A stretch of DNA of 64,000 nucleotides from Octopus sinensis (GCF_006345805.1 NC_043005.1:7936001-8000000); one strand, 5' to 3'; numbered from the stretch's first letter, positions 1-12,585 are shown. Notes: a model not told the origin generated them from the sequence alone. Translations and numbers: made by a program.

Positions 1-2180
1 TAAGGTATGTAAGAAATACTGTGAGGGAAATGTAGAGATAAAGTAAAATAAAGCAAAAAAAAAAAAGAAAGAAAAAATTGCCGTCAGATATAAAGAGATT
101 TTAATGAAATTCATTTGATCGACGTTCATGAAAGCCTGAGGTTAGTTTCTAGTTAAGTAACTACTGTTCACTCTGAAGTAATATGGTCATATGCAGTTAC
201 TTTAGTATAAGTAAGATGGAAGCTCACATATATTGCAACCGGAGGGTATATTTATCTCCCCTGTTTTTCATTTCACGGCAGAATTACATCTCTTACGCAC
301 TGTGATTCAGAAGTTCATATTTTATAATTGATTTGTCTTGGAAGTGAAGGTAAGAATATAATGTTTAGTGAAGCGAATGTATATTATCGAATATCAACAG
401 TTAATAAGATGGGTTTGCCCCTAATTTTAATATGATTTCTTATCAAATATCAAAGTATATACAACAGTACTGAATTAAATCAAAATGCATGAAACAACAC
501 CGAGGCAAACACAGGATGACCTAAATTATTGAAGACAAATCTACAATTTTAATTAGACTAATCCATTCTCAAATATATTTGTAACTATAAGCATGTAAAT
601 ATGTAGAAAAAACTACAGGATCATATTACATTACACAGAAATTGTAGTGAACCATTCTATACACATCCCTTCTAAAATTCTCCCGCCTCTACTTCTCAAA
701 TCCGTTGTCTTAGATCGAAAGCTGAATCTACCCATCTGAAAATTGTCTCACTGGCCTGCACTCGTTCTCATACACACAGAAGCGCCAAAAATACAGGGTG
801 AGTACTTTTTAATTTCCTGTCGAGAGGATTACGTCTAATGTTTCAGAACCTTTCTACCCAATTTACAAAAGCTCTCATCCTTTACTCATCACGCACGCTT
901 GCAATCGCTAGTGTGGCCTTCTACATTGTTATTCAGCCAACTAGTATTAACAAATATTCATCAGTTCACACCATGCTTAATTAAAAAAATAGTATTCATT
1001 GAATAATATAATTCTAGATACAATATATTCTAAGACAAATGGTCACAGATAGGATTCTTTGATCAAATGTCTGCTCACTCTTAGTAACAGAACACCCGTT
1101 AATCAGAAACTGTATTACTTTCATTGCCTTGAAACTAAGTAGCCACAACTCTTCATTATCGTCATTAAACCTTTCAACGCCTTCTCGCTCCCCAGGGAAT
1201 CTATATTATCTAAGAAAGACACCATAGTGGGTCCCATAGCCAAGAAAATATGAGGTACATTGCAACATGCTCTATTTCTCCTTTTCTGGAGAATAGCGAC
1301 ATCACGTAAAGATAACAGCGACATCACAGATAGCCAACCCCATCACTCTAGGTCTGTCTTCATTTTGTGATCATAAGTACAGTTTCTGTAGTAATATACT
1401 GCAGTTATTTTCGTCTTAATTACACGTCGGTGGTCCGTTACACTCGAGAACTTCAATGAAAACAGTGCCATTACACATAGCATCAACAACCCATCAACAG
1501 AATCAGATATGAGAAGATCCTTGTTACGTGAATCTATCACGAGTTTTATTTCTATTTCATGTATCTTGGAAGTTAACTTTCAGAACACTCCACCTCTGCC
1601 TGAACTGTTGAAACTTTTGCCTGACTACATTCTATCAACTGCTATAAAGTTAATTCGTCTCTTGAACCACTACCTTTGTATATTAATCACCTAGTTGCTG
1701 TTAATTCCAACCACGCAAACACCTGTTGTCATATGAATACGATAACAAAATTCTTTTTTTCATTAATTTCTACTCACAGTCGTTATTCATACATAACCTT
1801 AATATCTTAAATCAGATATGTCTTGTTTTAACAAACAGAAATCTTTAAAATTTTTGCAAATGAGAATATGAGAATTTCAACAGAACAAATACATATTTGA
1901 TACATGTATAATAGAAAAAGTATTGCACCGTGCACATCCTCTTTCACACGAACAACATATAACTAGATAATTCAAAACAGCTTCAATTTTGAATTCTCAA
2001 TCTTTGAAGGTGATATTACAAATAGGTTTGACAAAACTGCACCACTGCAAGGTTAAAAAAAAATTCACTAATTAGGAAGTTGAAGCGAGAATCACATCAG
2101 AGTATGACTCACTTATCTTGGGCAGTACTACTGTTGTAGGCAAACCGTAGGTAGCTAGTGGTATAAGCATCATTAATTAA

Positions 2181-2399
2181 CCCTTTAGTATTTGATAATT
2201 CTGTCAAATGTTCTGCTTATTTATTCGTATTGTTTTGAATTAATCATGCATAATGTCTTAACTTTGAGATTTCAATGATGTGATTGTTTATTTTTAGAAT
2301 GACATTATAAGATAGGTGTGAGAGGTTGGTTCTGGATGGTTTGAATCTAAAATAGCTAGAATACTTGGGCCTGATATGACTGATTTAAATTCCAGAGGG
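2181..2399. mobile_element. piggyBac-type MITE (~220 bp)
   Basis: TTAA on both sides (2177-2180, 2400-2403). Imperfect TIRs: CCCTTTAGTATTT versus CCCTCTGGAATTT (reverse complement of the right end). No coding capacity. Confidence 0.6.
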
Positions 2400-3539
2400 T
2401 TAAATGCAAAAACAGGACATCCAGTTAATTGGTAAAATCCACTGACAATCATCTATTTCAAAGGGCGTAGTGAGAGGAGGAAGTGCAGTGACAAGATCTT
2501 TTACAGAGACTTCAAGGAGAGTGGGTCGCTTCAACTTCTAAGTTTCTGCAGCAGAAAGAGTCACATCAGAATGTGAAGTTATCTTCATACTAGTAATCCG
2601 GACCTCATCAAATACATCGAAAGGCCAGGTGAAATTTCATCCAACGAAAGATTTAAGTCTACTCCAAAACATAACACGGGCTTACTGTTTCTTCTCTTCC
2701 ATTTCTGCCTCTCGTACAACGGCTTCTGTTAGTCTAAACTGACATGCTACCTACAGTCTACATTCGTTGATTAGCTCTTTTCATTTCTCGTCATCTAGGA
2801 TTATCTACATGGTCGCTCGATCCGATAAAAATAGTGGCCAAATCTCCCGCTCACATCACATTTTATTCTAACGTATTCTGTTATATGGAGATGTACATGC
2901 ATAGTGAGTGACTTGATCTGAGATCGTGTGCTGGAAGGAAAACAATTGCAGCGTGGACGAGATGCAGCACGAAGTTTTGTCAGTGAAGAGGTCGCGGTCT
3001 GAAAGCGACGAAAATATTTTGACAAATTAAATTTAAATGTTGAAGTGAATCTAACGGTTTTTGTGTGTTTCTTAAATGGCTTGTAAACACCTTCCACGCA
3101 ATTGTTTTCTATTGTATTCTTATTTTATTCTCACTTAATCTAACTTAAAAAGGACAGGCGTATTAAAAGTGTTTGCCAAGATGTACAAACGGACAGGTCT
3201 GGAAAACCTTTGATAAAAAGTTTCCCGATTCAGGTTCATCTGAGGTTAAACAACCAGAGCAAAAACAAAAAATAATTTCCCGAAATTCGTACCGCAACAA
3301 TTTCTCTACAGAAGTTAAAAACTGAACTACAATCGTCATGGATACGGACTTCATAATACCAACACCAAAAACATTAACACACGATACATATACATTTCTA
3401 TGCAAATATACTTACAAACATATACTCATATGCCTAGAAACTCATACATATACACACATATGGGAGTGTTTCTTCCTTTAAACACACGGACACGCACACA
3501 TATTTTAATATCTTATGTGTCTATATATACGTAGGTACT

Positions 3540-3706
3540 TATGTATGTATGTATGTATGTATGTATGTATTATGTATGTATGTATGTATGCATATATGCA
3601 TGTATGTATGTATGTATGTATGTATGTATGTATGTATTATGCATTTATGTATGTATGTATGTATGTATGTATGTATGTATGCATATATGTATGTATGTAT
3701 GTATGC

Positions 3707-3739
<33 letters not shown>

Positions 3740-3742
3740 TGC

Positions 3743-3775
<33 letters not shown>

Positions 3776-3810
3776 TGTATGTATGTATGTATGTATGTAT
3801 GTATGTATGC

Positions 3811-3843
<33 letters not shown>

Positions 3844-3976
3844 TGTATGTATGTATGTATGTATGCATATATGTATGTATGTATTATGCATTTATGTATG
3901 TATGTATGTATGTATGTATGTATGTATGTATGTATGTATGTATGTATGTATGTATGTATGTATGTATGTATGTATG
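3540..3976. repeat. (TATG)n microsatellite with interspersed variant units
   Basis: Directly visible. It accounts for the MYVC/HTYI ORFs. Confidence 0.98.
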
Positions 3977-4439
3977 TGTGATTTACTGGAAAGTTATTTG
4001 AATTGTAATTTATTGTTCTGAAAGAAAACAAAACATTGACTCTAGATTTAATTGAATTTATGGGAAGATATTAATTTTTTTACTTGTTACTTCAAACTGA
4101 AATTGTTTCGTATCCCAGTGGCAATTTTTCTCCTTTAGATTTTATATAAAATGTGTGAGTTGTTATGAAAACAATCCTTTTATGAGTTCATCATATAACG
4201 AACAGAATAATGCTGCATCAGGAGAAATACATTAGAGATCAACATTTAGCACAGAAGATGCGAGAAGATATATACATAACCACTCCCAGTCATTCGTTCT
4301 CACACGATATACACATGTATATATGTGCATGCAAATCTGTACATAAAGACAGACAGATAGACAGACAGACACACAGACATACACACAAACGTACGAGTGT
4401 TCAACATCGTATTGATGGATGAATATATTTCATTTGTGA

Positions 4440-4509
4440 ATATATATACATATATATGTACACAGACACAGACACATACACATGTATATGTATATAAATG
4501 TATATATAA

Positions 4510-4546
<37 letters not shown>

Positions 4547-4660
4547 TGTATATATATGTACGTATGTATGTATATTTATGTTTATGTATATATATGTATA
4601 TATATATATGTATGTATATATATATATGTATTTATATATGCATGTATATATATATATATA
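4440..4660. repeat. (TA)n/(TATG)n compound microsatellite
   Basis: Directly visible. Confidence 0.95.
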
Positions 4661-4925
4661 TTCTTTTCTTTTTAAGTATCAGTCCAAGGACTGCGGTCAT
4701 GCTGGGGCGCCACCGTTTACTTAGCTACACCTTCTTTAAACCTCCTCTGATATGTGACATTTGGTGGATGATGGAGTTTGACGTTGCTGCCCTCATTTGC
4801 GTGTCTTGCCTAGAGGTAGGATCATCCGGAACTCTAGACAGAAGGAGAGCTAGTTTTATTTTGAAGAAACCCAGATCCATGTGATGCAAGTCTCTCAGGT
4901 TATGTGGGGCATATTAAAGAGCTGT
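4660..4925 (-). mobile_element. CR1/L2-group LINE, 3' end fragment
   Basis: Minus strand translates to QLFNMPHNLRDLHHMDLGFFKIKLALLLSRVPDDPT, matching the C-terminal pattern at 34795 and 41442. It is followed by the tail GGTGGCGCCCCAGCATGACCGCAGTCCTTGGACTG and an A-rich end. Confidence 0.7.
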
Positions 4926-5194
4926 GGGTTCATGGAAAATAATATGAGTGGCTTATTAGCAATTTAACAACTTAAAGGCAAATTAATAGACGTCACTAAA
5001 ATGACTGAGGGTACTCATTATTATCAGCATTGCTAGAAATAAGAGTCAAAACAATTCAATAGCCACAAAGCACTATCTTAATGACTGACAGGTGACAGTA
5101 AGCCCCGAGCGGTAAGGGTCACTGATAAGGATTAAGATGCTGCATTAAAATCTGAAATCGTCGATTTGGCTATATCCGCTAGGGGCTTACTTTA

Positions 5195-5329
5195 GAACCC
5201 CGTGTTCCTTTCTGTTGAAGAGCGTAGGCTCGAAACGTAAAATACTTTCTCACCTTCCCGAGCGTTAAACTAATAGACCTGCTTGTTGTTTATATATTTG
5301 TCTGCGTTTTTTGTTTATCTGTAAATGTC

Positions 5330-5335
<6 letters not shown>
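5195..5335 (+). mobile_element. Short Penelope-type terminal-repeat element (family P2) with a hammerhead-like motif
   Basis: Homologous to 41225-41420. Contains CTTT-CTGTTGA-A-GAGC-GTAG-GCTC-GAA-ACGT-A-AAA and ends in (TA)n. Confidence 0.6.
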
Positions 5336-5369
<34 letters not shown>

Positions 5370-5857
5370 CGAAGTATATTTTCCATTTAAATGTGGCGGA
5401 TCCATAGGGAACGATGTTGCTGTTGTTTATAGCCCAAGGAAGACATCTTCAGTTGGCTAACGGCACACTGTCTGTTTCCGATTAGTATTTGCGAAGGGAA
5501 ATCGTCGTTCCCATCTCTAGTGTTATTCTTTGTCTCCATCCAACCAAAAATAAAATCCCCCTCCCCACTGACAGATCTAAATAACAAAGTTAAAATCTAC
5601 AGTCAGAGAGTAGATTTACTACTATAATCTTCTTAAGAATTATAGCAACCTCTCTGTCTGTATATCTACCCTCTTTATAATGTTGGCAAACGAAACAGGG
5701 AAAAGAGTGTGCATTGTTCGTTTGATTGGAAAATTTCTATAGGTCGCTGAAGATTGCTCGACATTTTAAAACTGATGTAATGCTTACAGTTTTTAATAAA
5801 ATTAAGTAGCATGAAACGATCGTACCACATTACCTCGGATATACTTGTTGCTTATTT

Positions 5858-5894
<37 letters not shown>

Positions 5895-6547
5895 TACGTG
5901 TAGATGTGGTATATTTATACTCATATGGATAGGTATAAGTATGAAAGTATATACATATATGTTTTTGTAAATGACTATATACATGTTAGCATATAGACAT
6001 ATTCTTTCATTTCTTATTGACCCCTCCTACATACACACCAATTCCGATGACTCATAAATACACTTGATGTTACAATCCAATACTTGTCATGGTAACAACA
6101 GTTTTTTTTGACAAAAATCAAAACAAATACGATTATATTGATACACAAGTAAAAAATGAAAATACAAGTAGAGACTATCCTATAAAAATATATAGAAAAC
6201 TCAATTCACTGCCTAAATTTAGTTCTGAATTATTATTATTGCCTGATAACAGACGCTATGTGTAGACAGATCATATGGTTTGTATAAAAAAAAAATCGAA
6301 ATAGAGACAAAACGGTCTGGTGTTATTTATAAATACATCACGTAAGAGGAAAACACATATGTACAATAATGGTATTAAATCTAAAAACCGGAATTTGAGG
6401 AAACTGGGGACGGTATTCGTTGATAATGATAAGGACAGTATTTTGGAAGAAGTGTTAGTTGAACAACAATAATATCGGGTGCCGCGATGCAATCATACAT
6501 AAATTCCTAAATAAATTCCACTACAGATTGACAAAGGTGTTTATAGT

Positions 6548-6796
6548 ACAGTTCTATATTTAAGAGATGAGGAATTATGTACATGATTTACATTTGACGT
6601 ATATTTGTCCTCATCTGATATAGCCTCCAGTCTTCATCAGGTGTCTTGGGGAAATTTCGAACCTGGATTCTCATTCCTAAGGTATTTTTTCGATGTTATT
6701 ATCATTATTATTACTATTCTTCAGGTCACTGCCTGGAATCTGACTCGGAATCTTGGGGTTAGTAGACCGCGCTCTTAAGCATTTCGCCATATGCCC
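6548..6796 (-). mobile_element. tRNA-headed SINE (family H) with Penelope-type tail; hammerhead partly deleted
   Basis: Homologous over its full length to 50431-50733: tRNA-like head, AAT-rich linker, tail with GACACCTGATGAAG. The GCCGAAACGTTGTGTT segment is missing in this copy. Confidence 0.8.
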
Positions 6797-6899
6797 GTAG
6801 GCAATTATGGAGTGAATTTTAGGGCTAATAAATCTAATATTTTTATAATTGGAGTGGATAATATATTTTGGGGGTAGTTGTTGCTTAACAGATGATTGT

Positions 6900-7935
6900 T
6901 ACTGAGCTTGATCATTTCTTCGTGGTGGGTATCACGATCGTTACTTATATTCTTTGCTCGATACATCTGACTTTCTTGTGTAGATGTAGAGGCTCAAAGC
7001 TAATACCACCTGAGATGATGAGAGAAAGAGAATCCAATAAGATCTAGAAAAGTCGTTCATGAAAGAATTTGAAATGATGAAGACACGCCAGATTAAGAAG
7101 TTTATGAAACTCAAAGGTTAGAGAATGAAGACTGAAGTCCGTCACCCACCTGTGAAAGCAGTAATTAATGTAAGTAGCCGACAACTAGAAATCTCTGAAA
7201 AAGCAGTACTAAACAAAGGTCTCAACTTTGCGACAAACATCAAGCACATTCCATACTTGGACACAATAGCCCCTATTGAAGAGATAGCCATAAAGATACC
7301 AAAAGCTCAGGGAGATGGACTAAGGTGGAAAGTGAGACAGATGCTAGAAAAAGCGAAACTTCCCAAACCAAATATCACTAAAGAAGAAAAGACTAAAGAG
7401 TGACTATTTCATCATAATTCTTCCAGCGGACAAGAGAAATACTACAGTGGTTTTGAACAAGTCTGACATCTCGGAAAAATTGGCAAGTCTTATAAGTGAT
7501 GGTAGCTATAGCAAAGTAAAGAAAGACCAAACTCTGAAAACAGAGAAGTTGTCACAGATCTTGATTAAGAACAAGGATCACTTTACACCAATGAAGTACA
7601 GACAACTGACTCAACACTACAGTAAACTACCACACATGTACGGTCTCCCTAAGATTCACAAGATGGTATTCTATTAAAAGCTATAGTGAGTTGTAGTGGT
7701 TCAGCATGTCATTCTCTGAGCCGCTTCCTTGTGGATATAATCAGTCCATAGCAGGAAAGGCAACATCATACGTGAAGAATTCCACCCACTTCCCAGAATT
7801 TATCAAGGATACGCCTACTGAATCCAACCAGATGGTTAGTCTAGATGTGATAACTAGTGAAGCACTATCAGTGATTCAAGAAAAACAGTGTAAAGAGAGG
7901 GATTGCTCATTGCCTAAAACATGTGTGATGTACCA
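6900..7935 (+). pseudogene. Penelope-like element, degraded N-terminus and reverse transcriptase
   Basis: Frameshifted frames give HLTFL..CRGSKLIP, VINVSSRQL...VLNKGLNFA, KPNITKEE, IILPADK, YGLPKIHK, PIVSCSGS, SYVKNSTHF and MVSLDV. These are typical Penelope-like RT motifs. Confidence 0.88.
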
Positions 7936-7947
7936 GTTAAGACAATC

Positions 7948-7949
<2 letters not shown>

Positions 7950-7998
<49 letters not shown>

Positions 7999-8005
7999 TA
8001 TTATT
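7950..8005. repeat. (TTA)n tract, the tail of element D on the minus strand
   Basis: Directly visible. Confidence 0.9.
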
Positions 8006-8558
8006 GAATGAGTGAGAGAGCAGTGCATGCCATCAAAGTGACACTGGGGTAAAATATACGAAGCCCAGTATACCCATTATGACTACCCATCTGATAAGGG
8101 TACACTAGGCACATGCATCACAACCATATGTGCGCGACATGGTGATCTCATATCAAGATAAACAGCACATGACCTTGCAGGTGGGGCCCAGTTAGAATTT
8201 TCTTCTGGTCGAGTAGCCCATCCCGCTGAAAAGGTCCCTGAATAAGGGTTGTTTAATGATGTTGAATGAAACACCCATGTTTCCAGAGGTGAATTATCTC
8301 AACCCCAAAGAATCCCTTTCAACACATGGCTCTGATGCTCCCCCACTACTTCTGCTTGTGATCAGAGATGCACATATCGTCAGCCACTAAGGGACATGCT
8401 CAACTGGTTAAGGTCAAACAACTGACAAGCAGATCTGTGGTATTGAGCAGAATATTTGCTGTAGCCCATCTTTTATACCAAGACAAAACAATGTACATGA
8501 TAACACTTCCAATCAGTTAAGATCAGAAGCCATGAGAGCCACTGCCTGGTACTGCATC
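8006..8558 (-). mobile_element. Unclassified ~550-bp (AAT)n-tailed interspersed element (family D), longest copy
   Basis: Homologous copies at 14899-15132 and 20264-20669. Ends in (AAT)n. No recognisable protein or Pol III boxes. Confidence 0.75.
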
Positions 8559-8561
8559 TAT

Positions 8562-8594
<33 letters not shown>

Positions 8595-8607
8595 TATTAT
8601 TATTATT

Positions 8608-10380
8608 CAGTAGTTTTATTTTTATAGCGTGCTTTCACGTCACTACCGAGCGCAGCTCTGTGTGCCTTGGGTATGTGCTGTGATTTCTTGTGATGCTCTG
8701 ATGGTTATTGTATGGAAAGTGTTCTGCGTAGGATGTGTGCAGTGCCTAGTAGTGCAATTTTCTGTATGTTATATGTGTTTGTAAGTCCTGGTGTTTTTGT
8801 TATGTATTTGTCTGAATATTTTTTTATCATGCCTAATGCACCTACTATGATAGGAATTGTTTCTGTTTTCAGATTCCACATTCTAGTTACCTCTATTTCC
8901 AGATCTTTGTATTTTGAGAGTTTCTCCATTTCTTTTAGAGACGTTGTCATCAGCCGGTATTGATACATCAAGTAGAAAGCATTTTTTTTCTTCATGGTCT
9001 CTGACAACTATATCTGGTCTGTTGGCCTTAATTTCTCTATCTGTGTGTATCGGCATATCCCAGAGTATGGTTGCTTTCTCGTTTTCTGTGACCTTTTCTG
9101 GTGTGTGCCTATACCATCTTTTTTCTGTTGTTATTCCATAATGTTGGCATAGCTTCCAATGTATGTAGGTTCCAACTCTGTCATGTCTGTGAATATATTC
9201 CTTCTTAGCCAGGACTGGGCAGCTAGAGATAATATGATTTATTGTTTCTTGTCCATCTCCACATATTCTGCAGTTACTTGTAATATTTCTTTTCATTACA
9301 TGTTTTTGGTAATTTCTGGTGGGGAGGCTTTGGTCTTGTGCTGCAATTAAAAATTCCTCTGTTTCTGCTTTGAGTCCTGAGCTTCTCAACCATTGCTGGG
9401 ATTTTTCTTTGTCTATTTCTTTTGCGTTTAGTTTAGTCCAGTATTTACCATGAAGGGGCTTTTCTTGCCATCGTTTTATCATGGTTCGTTGCTGTTCTAT
9501 TTTTAGTTTGGATTTCATTTGTTTTATAGCTTTTGTTGTTTCTTCATCTTCTTCTTCTTCTTCTTCATGTTTATTAGGTGGTATGATTTCTTGTTTGTAT
9601 TTGTCAGCTTCCTTAAATACTGAGAACAGTTTTTTGTTTTGCTCGTATTTTGCTGCTATCTGGATCAGTTTTCCTTCCTTCTGAAGTAGATATTTTTGCA
9701 GTCCTATGGTGGTTATTTTATAGTAGTTTTCCAGCTGTATAAGGCCTCTACCACCTTCTATACATTGTATATATAGTCTTTCTATGTCAGATTTTGGGTG
9801 ATGCATCCTAGATCCTGTCATTATTTTTCTTGTTTTCCTATCTATTTTGGTCAGTTCATTTCGTGTCCAGTTAAGGATATTGTAGCTGTAACTTATAACT
9901 GGGACAGCTAAAGTGTTGATACCTATTATCTTGTTTTAGCTTGAGCTCTGTGTTTAGTAGTGATCTAACTCGTCTATAATATTCTTTTTTATTTTCTCTT
10001 TCATTTGTGTGTGTTGTGTCTTATCTAGTTCATGGATTCCTAAGTATTTGTAAGTTTGGCTTTGGTCTAATTCTTTTATTTCATTGGTTTTATCTAGTGT
10101 GATGTTGTTACTCTTAACTAGTTTTCCTCTTTTCATGGTTACTTTGGCGCATTTTTCTAATCCAAATTTCATATCTATTTCTTTGGTAAATCCATGAACT
10201 GTCTTTAATAGTGTTTCCAGCTGTTTGTCATTTGCAGCGTATAGTTTTAGGTCATCCATATATAAAAGGTGGCTGATCGTTTTGCCGTAACATTTATATC
10301 CGCATCCAGTTCTATTTAGCATATCAGATAGAGGTGACAGTGCCAAGCAGAAAAGGAGTGGAGAGAGCGTGTCTCCCTGG
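8608..10380 (-). pseudogene. R4/Dong-clade non-LTR retrotransposon, 5'-truncated and frameshifted
   Basis: RT motif ALSPL...LLYMDDLKLY (9954-10346). Zinc knuckle CRICGDGQETINHIISSC and restriction-like endonuclease RPDIVV...LLDVSIP (8883-9821). C-terminus KLSKYKDLEIEV...IQKIALLGTAHILRRTLS. (AAT)n on both flanks. Confidence 0.93.
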
Positions 10381-10382
10381 AA

Positions 10383-10461
<79 letters not shown>
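10381..10461. repeat. (ATT)n microsatellite
   Basis: Directly visible, between the Dong 5' junction and a SINE-A. Confidence 0.97.
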
Positions 10462-10463
<2 letters not shown>

Positions 10464-10680
10464 GGTGGCGAATTGGCAGAGTCGTTAGCACACCTAGCAA
10501 AATGCTGAGCGGCATTTCATCCGTCTTTACGTTCTGAGTTCAAATTCTGCCGAGGTCCACTTTGCTTTCATCCATTCGGTGTCAATAAAATAAGTACCAG
10601 TTAAGCTCTGGGGACGATTTAATTGACCTACTTGCTTCCTACGCAACTACTGGCACAAGGCCAGTAGTTCGAAATCCTTA
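10462..10680 (+). mobile_element. tRNA-derived SINE family A (tail type A2)
   Basis: Head with A box and B box (GAGTTCAAATTC), core GACTTTGCCTTTCATCC...GATAAAATAAGTACCAG, ATT tail. Confidence 0.85.
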
Positions 10681-11363
10681 TTATTATTATGATTATTATG
10701 GTTATTTTACTAGGTTAATCTTTAATGTCTGTTTTCATTGCAAAACGGAGGCAATTTTACGTTACTCGGTTACATGCAGCGTTTTGTTTACTTTCGTTTC
10801 TGTTTATTGTACGGAAATGGCAGTTCAGACTGATAACGATGTTTTATCCAATGTCGGAAATAAAGAAATAATAATGAGTTCTTTTCTGCAATAAAGCAAA
10901 ATGTGAATGCAAGGAAAGTGATTTCCTTCGACAACCGAATCAATGAAGATATTTTCTAAATTGTTTCATACGTTTGGCTTCGATCTTTTTTCCTTTATAA
11001 TTGAATTCTTTGGTTACAACTAAATTTAGTTTCTCTCATTTCATTTTGCTCAAAATTATTATATCGACAGTATTGGGACACTGCCGATTTCCCACTCAAT
11101 AAAGTTAATTATATAAATAAGGATAACTCTGAACGTAAAAGAAATGGTTCTGTTATATATCATTGCATATACAAACACGTGCACACATGCTCTCTTGCGT
11201 ATGCAAATATTTGAATACATGCGTACGTATATCTATTAATACACACACACTCACATACAAACACACACATATACACACATGCCTGCGTGAGGTGAGAGCA
11301 TACATACGTATTATATCTATACATACATGGATGTATACATGTATTTATATATGTGTGTGAGTA

Positions 11364-11369
11364 TCTATA

Positions 11370-11453
<84 letters not shown>

Positions 11454-11501
11454 ATCTATCTATCTATCTATCTATCAATCTATCTATCCATCTATCCATC
11501 C

Positions 11502-11592
<91 letters not shown>

Positions 11593-11626
11593 CATCCATC
11601 TATCTATCTATCTATCTATCTATCAA

Positions 11627-11700
<74 letters not shown>
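11364..11700. repeat. (TATC)n-(TC)n-(TA)n compound microsatellite
   Basis: Directly visible. Confidence 0.97.
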
Positions 11701-11704
<4 letters not shown>

Positions 11705-12133
11705 TATATATGTACGCACAGATTAATGTGTGTTTATGCGTGCATGTGTAAGTATGTGCAGCTACGTATGTATGCGCGTGCATTTAGAGTATAGTGTATA
11801 TAATATCCATGCATGTTTTTCATTGTGTTGACGCGTGCTGTTTGGATATCCAGAGAAGAAAGGCTTACAATTGAATCTGAAAACGTGACTTTTCTGAGAG
11901 ATTTCCCAGGAGATTCAGGAACCTGCTATAACAAGGATTATTTCTTGGAGCTTAAGATAATGGAATAGAAAAAGCAACACAAAGCAATTTCGCTGCTATT
12001 ATTTTCCCTTTCGACAGCCTTTCCTACTTCAACTTTCTACTGGCTGGCTTTCGGTTTGGCCTAACAGCCATAGAAGCTTTTCGGAATGGGTGTTATATTA
12101 ACGTGCTTACCCTGTTATATACAACTTATACAA

Positions 12134-12250
<117 letters not shown>

Positions 12251-12585
12251 CCAGGACAAATTGTTGCAATAAGATAATATACAATACACTGGGTGCAATC
12301 CCTCAGGTGTATAATACAACTACAACCATTTTCTGGTATAAATTTAATGCATAAACACCCAGCGTTAATTAATCTTCTCCGTGCAAAGAACTGCATAGAA
12401 CATGTCAAATATACAGATTAATTATTGTACGCAGTATATTCCGGAATCACAGTATTTAGTTTTTCTTTTGTAACAGTGACGTCTTCGAATATACATTACT
12501 CGTTCGCCATACACCCAAGGAATTGGCTGAATTGTATACCTGCATACAATAAAACACATTCACACGCACATATGTTCAGATACCT

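Noticed and set aside
2450-3405. Minus-strand ORFs with a CCHC-like KCDVSGRFGHY and a plus-strand WKTFDKKFPD
   Set aside because: Isolated weak motifs point to different families on opposite strands; no assignment is supportable.
3515-4031. Long ORFs (MYVC..., HTYI...) here and similar ones at 4.4, 11.3, 12.1, 17.6, 24.7, 37.5, 42-44, 46.7, 49, 51-53 and 55 kb
   Set aside because: They are translations of microsatellites that lack stop codons.
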